Below, piece after piece: positions 37,367 to 47,401 of a stretch of 64,000 nt of DNA. The notes below the pieces were generated by a model, which did no database searches, was not told the DNA's origin, and saw nothing but the letters and a program-made list of their open reading frames with translations. Each line of letters begins with the position of its first letter. Within the stretch, counting starts at the first letter, position 1. The DNA is from an uncultured Prevotella sp. (lineage in GTDB: Bacteria; Bacteroidota; Bacteroidia; Bacteroidales; Bacteroidaceae), in the NCBI GenBank assembly GCA_900545525.1, contig UQZX01000001.1, forward strand, positions 38,218 to 102,217. The letters run 5' to 3'. A program made the position numbers and the translations under genes.

Positions 37367-39703
37367 ATGGTACGGAAAATATTTATTTTGGCTTTGTCCG
37401 TATGCTTCGTGAGCGGCGTCGTTACCGCCCAGACCATCTGGAACGCGGAACATCTGGCAAAGGTAAAGGAGCAAATAAAGCAGCCGGTGTATAATACGGC
37501 TTACAGACAGCTGATAAAAGATGCTGACAAGGCATTGAAGAAAGAGCCTCTGTCGGTAATGATGAAGGACAAGGTGGCGGCAAGCGGCGACAAGCACGAC
37601 TATCTCAGTCAGGCACGTTACTACTGGCGTGACCCTTCAAAGCCCGACGGTAAGCCTTATATAAATAAGGACGGGGAAAGCAATCCGGAGATTAATAGGC
37701 TTGACAGGGTGCGCCTTGCCAACATGGCAGGTAATGTTACGACCCTCTCGTTGGCATACTATTTCAGCGGCGAAGAGAAGTATGCGGAGAAAGCAGCAGA
37801 GCAGCTGAGGGTGTGGTTCCTTGACAAGGAGACGAAGATGAACCCCAACCTGAATTACGCCCAGATAGTTCCCGGCAAGAACGGGGACAAGGGCCGTTGC
37901 TTCGGAGTTATCGATACATATTCTTTTATAGGAATGCTTGATGCCGTGCAGCTGCTTGAAAAGTCGGCGGCTTTTACCCCCGCAGACTCTGAAAGGCTGA
38001 AAGGCTGGTTCTCAGAACTGCTCGACTGGCTGCTGACAAGCGAACTCGGGAAGCGCGAGTCGCAGTCTGTCAACAACCATGGAACAGCATACGACGTGCA
38101 GGTCCTTGCTTACGCGAAGTATGTCGGCAGGACGGATGTGGTGAAAGATGTCCTGAAAGACTTTTATCCAAAGCGCATATTAACGCAGATAGAGCCGGAT
38201 GGCAGGCAGCCGCTGGAACTGAAACGAACGCTCGCTTATCATTACAGCCTGTATAATCTGACGCACATCCTCGACGTGTTCTTTATCGCGAAGAACTTGG
38301 GACTGGAGGTCGGAGACAATACCAAGACCTCTTTTGAAAGGGTACACAAGGCGTTTGATTTCATTGCAGGCTATCTCGGCAAACCTGTTGAGGCATGGCA
38401 TTACAAGCAGATAAGCGGCTGGGAGGAGACACAACAGCTGCTATGCAAGGACCTTTATCGTGCATGGCTGCTTGACACGAAGCTGAAAGAATATCCCAAG
38501 TTGTATCATAAGTACGGATTGCAAGACTGGAGCGACCGTTTCACCCTGCTCTATTTGAAGAGCGACCGTTCGGACAACGGCTATGCAAGTGCGGCAAAGC
38601 AGCTGCGCTTCGCCCTGAAATGCGCGGAAGAAGAGTATTCCCGTGGCAAGACAAAGAATGGCGACAGGCTTGTCTCTCCACGCTGCTTGGAAAAAGACGG
38701 GTCGCTCCGGCTTGTCGTTCCGCGCGACTGGTGCTCCGGATTTTTTGCCGGAAACCTGTGGCAGATGTATGGTTACACACATCAGGAAGAATGGAAAAAG
38801 GCGGCTGAAAAATACACGTTGCCGATAGAAAAAATGAAAGACTGCACTGGAACCCACGACCTCGGCTTCGTCGTTTACAGCTCTTTCGGCAACGCATACG
38901 CCCTTACGGGCGAGCAATCCTATAAGGATGTCGTGCTGCATGCCGCCCGTTCGCTCGCTTCGAGGTACAGCCCCAAGGTGAAGGCGATACGCTCATGGGA
39001 CCACAACAGCGACAAGTGGCGCTACCCCGTCATAATAGACAACATGCTGAACCTTGAACTCCTGTTCGAGGCAAGCAGGCTCTCGGGCGACGACACCTAT
39101 TATAATATAGCCGTGAACCATGCCAACACCACGATGAAAAACCACTTCCGCAAGGACTGTTCATGCTACCATGTGGTAAGCTACGACCCCCAGACGGGTA
39201 AACCGGAGAAGAAAAACACCCATCAGGGCATAGCCGACGAGAGTGTGTGGAGCCGCGGACAGGCATGGGGCTTGTATGGTTATACAATGTGCTACCGTTA
39301 CACCCGTGACGAGAAATACCTTGAACAGGCGCGCAAGATAGCCTCTTTCATCTTCTCGCAGCCCGGTATGCCCGACGACCTTGTGCCATATTGGGACATG
39401 AAAGACCCCGCCATACCAAACTCTCCACGCGATGCCTCGGCGGCAGCGGTCAGTGCTTCGGCGCTTTATGAGCTTGCCCTGTATGTCACGAAAGAAGAGG
39501 CAAAGGGCTATCGGAAGACTGCCGACAAGATATTGGGCAGCCTGTACAAGGGCTACCGTTCGAAAGTCAACGCCAACAAGGGCTTCCTTCTGCTTCATTC
39601 GGTGGGCAACTATCCGGCAAACGACGAGATTGACGTGCCCATTGTCTATGCAGACTATTATTATCTGGAGGCACTCAGCCGCAAGGCTTTTATGAAACGG
39701 TAA
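37367..39703 (+). CDS. Fusion of an alginate-lyase (PL38-like) domain and a GH88 unsaturated glucuronyl hydrolase
   Basis: N-half HDYLS.A.Y.W.D...DGKPY, MNPNLNYAQ, NNHG, ELKRT; C-half DWCSGFF, THDLGF, IIDNMLNL, WSRGQAW, YADYYYLEAL. Confidence 0.82.
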   Translation: MVRKIFILALSVCFVSGVVTAQTIWNAEHLAKVKEQIKQPVYNTAYRQLIKDADKALKKEPLSVMMKDKVAASGDKHDYLSQARYYWRDPSKPDGKPYINKDGESNPEINRLDRVRLANMAGNVTTLSLAYYFSGEEKYAEKAAEQLRVWFLDKETKMNPNLNYAQIVPGKNGDKGRCFGVIDTYSFIGMLDAVQLLEKSAAFTPADSERLKGWFSELLDWLLTSELGKRESQSVNNHGTAYDVQVLAYAKYVGRTDVVKDVLKDFYPKRILTQIEPDGRQPLELKRTLAYHYSLYNLTHILDVFFIAKNLGLEVGDNTKTSFERVHKAFDFIAGYLGKPVEAWHYKQISGWEETQQLLCKDLYRAWLLDTKLKEYPKLYHKYGLQDWSDRFTLLYLKSDRSDNGYASAAKQLRFALKCAEEEYSRGKTKNGDRLVSPRCLEKDGSLRLVVPRDWCSGFFAGNLWQMYGYTHQEEWKKAAEKYTLPIEKMKDCTGTHDLGFVVYSSFGNAYALTGEQSYKDVVLHAARSLASRYSPKVKAIRSWDHNSDKWRYPVIIDNMLNLELLFEASRLSGDDTYYNIAVNHANTTMKNHFRKDCSCYHVVSYDPQTGKPEKKNTHQGIADESVWSRGQAWGLYGYTMCYRYTRDEKYLEQARKIASFIFSQPGMPDDLVPYWDMKDPAIPNSPRDASAAAVSASALYELALYVTKEEAKGYRKTADKILGSLYKGYRSKVNANKGFLLLHSVGNYPANDEIDVPIVYADYYYLEALSRKAFMKR

Positions 39704-39724
39704 AACCATAAATGAGTGAACGAT

Positions 39725-42166
39725 ATGAAACGAATATCCTTTTATGAGAACGTCTGCATCCGGCAGTCATGTATCAGACGCTCATTTTCATCGCTTGCAT
39801 TGTCTCTGCTGTTGGCTTTTGCCTTGCCGGTGATGCGCTCTTCCGCTACGGATGTCAAGCCGCTTTCCGGCGGATGGCAGTTCATCCGGCAGGACATGGC
39901 AAACGCCTGGGAGGTGTTCCGCCCGGTCCAGAGCGGCAAGCCCGAGTCTGTTCCGCTATGGACAGATGTCGTGTTGCCCCACTGCTTCAATGCAACGGAT
40001 GCCGTAGAGCCTTACTCCAACTATTATCAGGGAGCCGGATGGTACCGCACTTACATCGACGTAGACAACCCATACCGTGGCGGCAGGACGCTTCTGAGGT
40101 TCGACGGCGCGGGTCAGAAGACCGAAGTCTATGTCTATACGGAGAAGGTGTGCAGCCATGTGGGCGGCTACGATGCGTGGACTGCCGACATAACGGATGC
40201 CGTGGCGAGGTTCAGGGAGACGGCAGCCTGCCGCGACAGGTTCGCAGGCAAGGTGCCTGTTGCCGTGAGATGCGACAACAGCCGCGATGTTGAGATGATA
40301 CCGTCAGACATGTCCGACTTCAATCTCTACGGCGGATTGTATCGCAAGGTCAGTCTTGTCTACGCTCCGCCGGTACGCCTCGACAACATCGCGGTGAAAG
40401 CTTCGGCAAACCGTGTGGACGTCTCCGCCGACGTTACGGGTGCCGTCTCTGATTATGACATCGATGTGGAAATATTCTCTCCGGCAGGCAAACGTATATA
40501 TAAAGGTAAGGGGCGGAGCAACGGAAACACCTTCGGCATATCCGGAACTAAGGTCGCCAAGTCCGAACTTTGGGACGTAGACAACCCCCGTCTGTACACA
40601 TACAGGCTGAGGCTTTACGCCGGCGACACGGCCGTCAGCTACACCGGGAAGTTCGGTTTCCGCTCTTTCGAGTTCCGCAAGAACGGTCCTTTCTTCCTCA
40701 ACGGTAAGCGTCTGCTCCTCAGAGGCACCCATCGCCATGAAGACCATGCAGGAGTGGGCGCCGCCATGACCGACGAAATGATTGTCAGGGAGATGAAGCA
40801 GATAAAGGACATGGGAGCCAACTTCATACGTCTCGGTCACTATCAGCAGTCGGACCTCGTGCTGCAGCTCTGCGACTCGTTGGGTCTGCTTGTGTGGGAG
40901 GAGATACCCTGGTGCCGCGGAGGCATTGGCGGCGATGCCTATAAGTCGCAGGCAAGGCGTATGCTTGCCGGCATGATAAGCCGCCACCGCAACCATCCGA
41001 GCGTAATACTATGGGGATTGGGCAATGAAAACGACTGGCGCGGCGACTTTGAAAGTTTCTCTGCCGACAGCATCAGGGCGTTCATGACCGAGCTTAACGC
41101 CATTGCCCACGGGCTTGACGACAGCCGCATGACGTGCATAAGGCGTTGCGATTTCGCCGCCGATGTGGTGGATGTGTACTCGCCTACGATATGGGCGGGA
41201 TGGTACGGACGCACCTTCCGCGACTACCACGACATGGAGACTGCCGCCATGAGCAGGCACGAACGCATGTTTCATGCCGAGTGGGGCGGCGACAGCCATG
41301 CCCGCCGTCATGCCGAACAGCCCTTCGGCGCGGCAGTTGAAGGCGACTGGGGCTCTGTTGTCAAGGGCGACTCCAAGGGCGACTGGTCGGAATCCTACAT
41401 CGTGAGACTCTTCGACTGGCACCTGAAAGAGCAGGAGCGCATGCCCAACCTTACGGGCGCGGCATTCTGGACGTTTAAGGATTTCTCAACGCCCCTGCGC
41501 CCCGACAACCCCATTCCCTATGTAAACCAGAAGGGAGTGGTAGAGCGCGACGGCACGCCCAAAGAGAGCTATTACGTCTTCCAGTCGTATTGGGCACGTC
41601 AGCCGATGCTACATATCTACGGTCACACGTGGCAAGTAAGGTGGGGCGGAGAAGGAGAGGCGAAGGAAGTGCTCGTCTACAGTAACTGCCCCGAGGTGGA
41701 ACTGTTCGTCAACGGCGTGTCCCAAGGCGTGCGCAAGCGCGACTCACAGGATTTTCCCGCTGCCGGACTGCACTGGAACGTGAAGCTTAACAAGGGCGGG
41801 AACATTGTCCGTGCCGTTGCCGGAGGTCTTGAAGACGAAGTCGTGTGGCAGTATCAGACGGAGAAGTGGGGCAGACCTTCGGCTCTGAAACTCAGCGTGG
41901 TGGAAAATGACAGTACGTTGTCCACCGCCCTTGTCATTGCCGAGCTCGTAGACGACAGGGGGCTGAGATGTCTCGACAGCCGCGATTGGATAGAGTTCGG
42001 TCTTGCCGGCGACGGCAGGCTGATTGACAACCAAGGCACCTCTACAGGCTCGCGCAGGATACAGGCATACAACGGTGTGGCAATGATACGCGTTGAGCGG
42101 CGTGGCAGGAGCGTGGTCTCGGCAAGCTCGCCGGGTGCCGTTACGGCATTCGCAGATGTGGAATGA
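39725..42166 (+). CDS. Glycoside hydrolase family 2
   Basis: HVGGY, YGGLYR, FFLNG, RHED, NFIRLGHYQQ, NHPSVILWGLGNE, NQKG. Confidence 0.9.
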   Translation: MKRISFYENVCIRQSCIRRSFSSLALSLLLAFALPVMRSSATDVKPLSGGWQFIRQDMANAWEVFRPVQSGKPESVPLWTDVVLPHCFNATDAVEPYSNYYQGAGWYRTYIDVDNPYRGGRTLLRFDGAGQKTEVYVYTEKVCSHVGGYDAWTADITDAVARFRETAACRDRFAGKVPVAVRCDNSRDVEMIPSDMSDFNLYGGLYRKVSLVYAPPVRLDNIAVKASANRVDVSADVTGAVSDYDIDVEIFSPAGKRIYKGKGRSNGNTFGISGTKVAKSELWDVDNPRLYTYRLRLYAGDTAVSYTGKFGFRSFEFRKNGPFFLNGKRLLLRGTHRHEDHAGVGAAMTDEMIVREMKQIKDMGANFIRLGHYQQSDLVLQLCDSLGLLVWEEIPWCRGGIGGDAYKSQARRMLAGMISRHRNHPSVILWGLGNENDWRGDFESFSADSIRAFMTELNAIAHGLDDSRMTCIRRCDFAADVVDVYSPTIWAGWYGRTFRDYHDMETAAMSRHERMFHAEWGGDSHARRHAEQPFGAAVEGDWGSVVKGDSKGDWSESYIVRLFDWHLKEQERMPNLTGAAFWTFKDFSTPLRPDNPIPYVNQKGVVERDGTPKESYYVFQSYWARQPMLHIYGHTWQVRWGGEGEAKEVLVYSNCPEVELFVNGVSQGVRKRDSQDFPAAGLHWNVKLNKGGNIVRAVAGGLEDEVVWQYQTEKWGRPSALKLSVVENDSTLSTALVIAELVDDRGLRCLDSRDWIEFGLAGDGRLIDNQGTSTGSRRIQAYNGVAMIRVERRGRSVVSASSPGAVTAFADVE

Positions 42167-42215
42167 CAATCCGTCTTGCGGTGTAAAAAAACGCAGGCAT
42201 ATAACGGCGGATTTC

Positions 42216-42325
42216 CAAAAGATGTCCTTTCGTGTTCCAAAAGGCGTCCTTTCAGGCTCTAAAAGGTCACCTCTTAGAGCCTAAAAGACGGTCTTTTGCA
42301 GGCTAAAAGACGACCTCTTGCAACC
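42216..42325. repeat. Five degenerate 22-bp tandem repeats with palindromic AAAAG..CTTT core
   Basis: Units start at 42216, 42238, 42260, 42282 and 42304. Confidence 0.85.
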
Positions 42326-42502
42326 CGTCTGATTATCAGGCTGTTACAAAGGTGATACCAGCCCGGTCTCAGATGATGCCTGTATGGCTCTTAGATGTCC
42401 TGCCCCGCATCTCCTGAAAGCCAGCTCCGATATTATGAGAACTGATATTTAACAAGTGTAAATGAATGTAAACGCAAGCCAATAAAGTGTTAATTAAAGA
42501 TA

Positions 42503-42549
42503 ATTGGTAAACCAAATAATTGGTAGACCAATATATCTCTTTATATTTG
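42503..42549 (+). promoter_or_regulatory. Two FadR/UxuR-type operators (TTGGTnnACCAA) next to the susC -7 element
   Basis: ttggtaaaccaa at 42504-15, ttggtagaccaa at 42520-31, TATATTTG at 42542-49. Confidence 0.75.
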
Positions 42550-42562
42550 CAAACAAATAATC

Positions 42563-45500
42563 ATGAAAAAAAGAGAACCTATGAACCAACAAATCAATCT
42601 AAGGCACATCGTGCTGACATTCATCCTGGCAGCCATGTCGGTAGCAGCCAGTGCCCAGCATGTGGTGAAAGGTACCGTGAGCGACGGTAAAGACCCGCTT
42701 ATAGGAGCGTCGGTCTATGTTAAAGACGGCAAAGCACAAAGCGGTGCCATTACCGATCTTGACGGTAATTTCACAATCACAGTGCCAAACAAGAAGTCTA
42801 TCTTGATTTTCTCTTATGTGGGATACCGCGACAAGGCTGTCGTGGTAGGTGACAAGAATACCATTAACGTTGTGCTCGACGGAGACACAAGGATGCTCGA
42901 CGAGGCAATTGTCATCGGTTACGGCACGCAGGTTAAGTCGCATCTTACCGGCTCTGTCGCAAAGCTTGACGGCGAACGCCTCACCAACGCGCCCGTAAGT
43001 GATGTTACATCGGCACTTCAGGGAGCCATGCCCGGACTTAACATAAATAATATAACGTCGGAGGTCGGTGTGGCACCGTCGCTCCGTGTGCGTGGCACAG
43101 GCTCTATCTCGGCTGACAGCGAGCCGTTGGTAATCATCGACGGCATGCCCGTTGAAGGCGGACTTCAGTATGTAAACGCCTCAGACATCAAGTCGGTCGA
43201 AATATTGAAAGACGCCGCTTCAGCCGCCATTTACGGTTCACGCGCGGCAAACGGTGTGATAATGATAACCACCAAAAGCGGCACTCCGGACAAACCGAAG
43301 TATACGTTCAAGTTCTATGAAGGTGTGAAATACGCTTACCAGCTGCATGACATGATGACCTCAACGGAGTGGTATAACCTCATGCAACAGGAAGAAGCGT
43401 TGGGCGGACGCAAGGTGATGGCACAGGCGAGAAGTGCCTCTTGGCTTGAGCAGATGATAGGTTCCACCGACTGGCAGAAGGAAGGTCTCAACAGCGGAGC
43501 AACCATAACCAATGCGCAGTTCAATATCTCCGGTGGAAAGAAAGATACGCGTTATTTCGTATCGGCGGCATATACCAAGGACCACGGAATAATGAAAAAC
43601 AACGAATATGACAAGTTCACGTTCCGCGGAAAGTTGGATACCAAACTTTCAAAGAATGTGGCAATGGGCATCAACCTTTCGGGAACATATCAGAAGGCAT
43701 CGCGTCCGAAAAACAATTTTATTGATTTCTACCGCACGCCGTCGTTCCTTCCGGTATACCATAACGACTTTACTTCCGAGCTTACAGGCTATACGGGCTT
43801 TGCACGCGGAAGCCATTTCAACAACATACAGACGCCGACCGGTGAGCCTGATGATGAGGGCAATCCCACAATAGAGTCAACAAGTCCGTTCTCATCGGCA
43901 AACAACAACCCGGCAAGCGTCATGGCAAATACCACACGTTGGAGTGAGAATTTCCAGGGCATGGGCAACATTTACTTCACCGTAGACCTCTGCAAGGGCT
44001 TGCAGTTCAAGACCTCCAACGGTGTGAACGTTCGCTTCCAGCCGCAGTATTACTATGGAAACAAGAATGCGACGAAGGACGGTGAGGCGAGCCAGGCTAC
44101 CTATTTCAGCACCCTTTACGTGGACATGCTGACGGAAAACACCCTTACATACCATCTCGATTTCGGCAAGAACAAGGAGCATACCATTGATGCCCTGCTC
44201 GGATATACCGCCGAAACGACGCGCAACCAGCGTGTGGCGATGACTGCAACGGGCTTTGCCACGGATGATATCCATACGCTCAACGCCGGAACCATATACA
44301 ATCTGGCTAAGGACGGCAACGGAAACACGGCGGGAACGGGTACGTTCCGCTATCCTGATGTGGTGCTCGAGTCATATCTCGGACGTGTCAATTACAGCCT
44401 GCTTAACCGTTATCTGCTCAGCGCTTCGCTGCGTCTCGACCGTTCGTCGCTCTTCTCCAAAGGCAACCGCAACGCATGGTTCCCGTCTGTTTCACTGGGT
44501 TGGCGCGTGAGCGAGGAGCCTTTCATGAAGAACATAGACGTGATAAGCAATTTGAAACTGCGTGCCTCTTACGGTGTTACAGGTAACAACCGCATACAGT
44601 ATCAGGCGGCTCTTGAAGTGCTCAACAGTGCCAACTACGTTACAGGAGCCGGCAACGGAAGCATCGTAAACGGTACGGCAAACACCCAGTCGACACTTGC
44701 CAACGACAATATTACATGGGAGAAGACCGATGAATATAACATCGGTTTGGACCTCGGACTGTGGAACAACCGCGTCAACCTCTCGCTCGACGCATACTAT
44801 TCGGTTACACGTTCGCTGCTTTTCGCACAGCCCACACAGTCATTCACGGGCTTCAGCAACTACTGGAACAACATCGGAAAGGTGAGCAACAAGGGTATAG
44901 AGATACAGCTCGACACACGTAACATAACCAAACGGAACTTCTCTTGGGAGACAAGTCTCAACTTCTCTATGTCGCGCAACAAGCTTCTTGAGATCGGAGG
45001 AGAGAAAGAAGTGATTACACAAGGCGAGCGTAATGAGTGCTATATCGCACGTGTCGGCGACCCGCTGATACAATATTACGGTTATAGGGTTATCGGAGTA
45101 TGGAACTCGCAGGAAGAGATTGATGCCAATCCGCACTTCCCGCAGGATGTTCCCGGCGGTCTGCGCATAGCTGATGCGAATAATGACAAGGAACTTACGG
45201 CTGCGGACCGCGTGCCGCTCGGCAATCCTTATCCCGACTTCTCATGGGGTATGACAAACACGTTCAAGATAAAGGACTTCGACATCTCTTTCCTCATACA
45301 GGGCGTTCAGGGTGTTACGGTATACAACGGAGACGTGTTCTACAACGAGACGGTACGCTACAACAAGGCTTATACCAAGGGACGCTGGATCAGTCCGGAG
45401 CATCCCGGAAACGGATTTACGCCGTATGAGAAATTAGGATATAACCTCTGTCTTACCGATTATCCGCTGGAAGACGCGTCATACGCCTGCCTGCGCAACC

Positions 45501-45736
45501 TGACAGTAGGCTATACGCTGCCCAAGAAGATTACTAACAAGTGGAAATTAAACTCTTTGCGCTTCTATCTTTCAGGCAACAACCTCCTTTATATATGGAG
45601 CGACGATTACAGGGGGATAAATCCTGAGTCGAGAATGACTACCGGTGCGTACACAAGCGCAATGATTTCAGGCTATCAGAGAGGCGGCTTCCCTCTTACG
45701 TCGACAATCTCTGCCGGTTTTGATATCAACTTCTAA
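42563..45736 (+). CDS. SusC/RagA TonB-dependent transporter
   Basis: CarboxypepD-like N-domain, ILKDAASAAIYGSRAANGVIMITTK plug motif, terminal Phe. Confidence 0.96.
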   Translation: MKKREPMNQQINLRHIVLTFILAAMSVAASAQHVVKGTVSDGKDPLIGASVYVKDGKAQSGAITDLDGNFTITVPNKKSILIFSYVGYRDKAVVVGDKNTINVVLDGDTRMLDEAIVIGYGTQVKSHLTGSVAKLDGERLTNAPVSDVTSALQGAMPGLNINNITSEVGVAPSLRVRGTGSISADSEPLVIIDGMPVEGGLQYVNASDIKSVEILKDAASAAIYGSRAANGVIMITTKSGTPDKPKYTFKFYEGVKYAYQLHDMMTSTEWYNLMQQEEALGGRKVMAQARSASWLEQMIGSTDWQKEGLNSGATITNAQFNISGGKKDTRYFVSAAYTKDHGIMKNNEYDKFTFRGKLDTKLSKNVAMGINLSGTYQKASRPKNNFIDFYRTPSFLPVYHNDFTSELTGYTGFARGSHFNNIQTPTGEPDDEGNPTIESTSPFSSANNNPASVMANTTRWSENFQGMGNIYFTVDLCKGLQFKTSNGVNVRFQPQYYYGNKNATKDGEASQATYFSTLYVDMLTENTLTYHLDFGKNKEHTIDALLGYTAETTRNQRVAMTATGFATDDIHTLNAGTIYNLAKDGNGNTAGTGTFRYPDVVLESYLGRVNYSLLNRYLLSASLRLDRSSLFSKGNRNAWFPSVSLGWRVSEEPFMKNIDVISNLKLRASYGVTGNNRIQYQAALEVLNSANYVTGAGNGSIVNGTANTQSTLANDNITWEKTDEYNIGLDLGLWNNRVNLSLDAYYSVTRSLLFAQPTQSFTGFSNYWNNIGKVSNKGIEIQLDTRNITKRNFSWETSLNFSMSRNKLLEIGGEKEVITQGERNECYIARVGDPLIQYYGYRVIGVWNSQEEIDANPHFPQDVPGGLRIADANNDKELTAADRVPLGNPYPDFSWGMTNTFKIKDFDISFLIQGVQGVTVYNGDVFYNETVRYNKAYTKGRWISPEHPGNGFTPYEKLGYNLCLTDYPLEDASYACLRNLTVGYTLPKKITNKWKLNSLRFYLSGNNLLYIWSDDYRGINPESRMTTGAYTSAMISGYQRGGFPLTSTISAGFDINF

Positions 45737-45825
45737 TCAAAGAAAAAATAAAAACACCCGGGTTAAATCCTGATTTTTCAGTCAACGGAAGGTCAGTGCT
45801 TAAATCCCGACAACAAATAAAACTT

Positions 45826-47349
45826 ATGAAAAAACATATATTAAAGACCATGAGAAAGTGTCTTTTCTTCGGACTGTCTGCCGTTGCGCTGACATCGTGC
45901 GACCTTGACAAATATCCTTATTCGGAGGTTGCCGCGGGCGAATACGTGAAAGACGCCGAGTCGGTAAACACTCTTGTGGTAGGTTGTTACAACGGACTTC
46001 ACGACGTAATGTATTATGAATGGGCGCTCACAGAACTGCGTTCGGACAATGCGCGCATGTATGGCAACAACTCGACATCGAACACCACGAAGCTGGTTGA
46101 GCAGCTCGACCAGGGCACGATAGGTGCCGAGCATGACTGGGTTACAAGCTATTGGAACGCGGCTTATGCCACGATAGCACGCTGCAACAATGTCCTGTCT
46201 TATACGAATGTAGTCAGAGACGAGCCGACACGTGCCCGTTATGAGGGCGAGGCAATGTTCCTGCGCTCGTTAGAGTACTTCAATCTCGTGCGGATGTGGG
46301 GCCCGCTGTTCATCGTTACTTACAAAACGCCGTCTGAAGTGGCACGTAACATGCAGCGTTCGTCGGTTGACGACGTCTACGCCCTTATCGAAGGAGACCT
46401 TGAAAAGATTATAACAGAGAACATGTTGCCGCAAACCTTGCCCTCATCAGACCTCGGACGCGCTGACATGAATGCCGCAAAGGCACTTCTCGCGAAAGTT
46501 TATGCAACCCATTATGAGGTCGGCGATGCGAAGTATGAGCGTGCCCGCAGCCTTTGCAAGGAAGTTCTTGAGAGCGAAAACGTAGGCAACCCGCAGTCGG
46601 CAGCAGACCTTGTGCCTTATGACAAGATATTCGGCATCGACAACGAGATGAACAAGGAGATGATATTCGCAGTGCGTTATCTTTCCGGAAACGTTGGTCT
46701 CGGCTCCCCGTTCGGCAACCTCTTCGCCCCGATAAACAACGGTGCGAACGTCATAGTGGGTACAAGTAACAATTATAACAGACCGAGCGACAACCTCATT
46801 TCGGCGTATGTCAATGAGGGAGACGTTGTCCGTTTCGAGACAAACATCGCACAGCGTTATTATAACTTGCAGACCGATGTATGGGTGGAAGCAACCTATT
46901 GCAAGAAATACACTAATCCCGTAACGACCCAGTTTGACGGAGAGAGCGACTGGCCGGTAATCCGTGTCGGCGACATAGCACTGCTCTATGCCGAGCTGAG
47001 CAATGAAATCGACGGTCCGTCGCAGACCGCCCTTACGTACCTTAATATGATACGCGGGCGTGCCGGATTGACTGCTTATACTCTGGATGAGCTGAACAAT
47101 ACCTACGATTTCCGCGAGGCTGTGCGCAAGGAGCGCCGTTTGGAGCTGGCATTCGAGAACCAGCGCTGGTTCGACCTGTTGCGTTGGGACAATGCCGTTA
47201 CGACTATCAACAGCTATCTTTCAAGCGAAAGCTTTTATTCGGGATACACTTATGCGGTTAATCCGATAGCTGCCTGGCAGACAATGCTCCCCATTCCAAT
47301 CAGCATAAAGAACATAAATCCTGATGCCGCGCAGAATGTGGGATACTAA
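45826..47349 (+). CDS. SusD/RagB lipoprotein
   Basis: Lipobox LTSC, ERRLELAFENQRWFDLLRW, terminal QNVGY. Confidence 0.94.
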   Translation: MKKHILKTMRKCLFFGLSAVALTSCDLDKYPYSEVAAGEYVKDAESVNTLVVGCYNGLHDVMYYEWALTELRSDNARMYGNNSTSNTTKLVEQLDQGTIGAEHDWVTSYWNAAYATIARCNNVLSYTNVVRDEPTRARYEGEAMFLRSLEYFNLVRMWGPLFIVTYKTPSEVARNMQRSSVDDVYALIEGDLEKIITENMLPQTLPSSDLGRADMNAAKALLAKVYATHYEVGDAKYERARSLCKEVLESENVGNPQSAADLVPYDKIFGIDNEMNKEMIFAVRYLSGNVGLGSPFGNLFAPINNGANVIVGTSNNYNRPSDNLISAYVNEGDVVRFETNIAQRYYNLQTDVWVEATYCKKYTNPVTTQFDGESDWPVIRVGDIALLYAELSNEIDGPSQTALTYLNMIRGRAGLTAYTLDELNNTYDFREAVRKERRLELAFENQRWFDLLRWDNAVTTINSYLSSESFYSGYTYAVNPIAAWQTMLPIPISIKNINPDAAQNVGY

Positions 47350-47401
47350 ATGAATGAAGAGTGAAGAATGAAGAATTAAGAATTATAAATTGACAAGCCT
47401 T

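Noticed and set aside
42216..42325. 22-bp arrays (also 51309-51396 and 62867-62998) as CRISPR arrays
   Set aside because: Units are contiguous and degenerate with no 30-40 bp unique spacers; no cas genes in the window.
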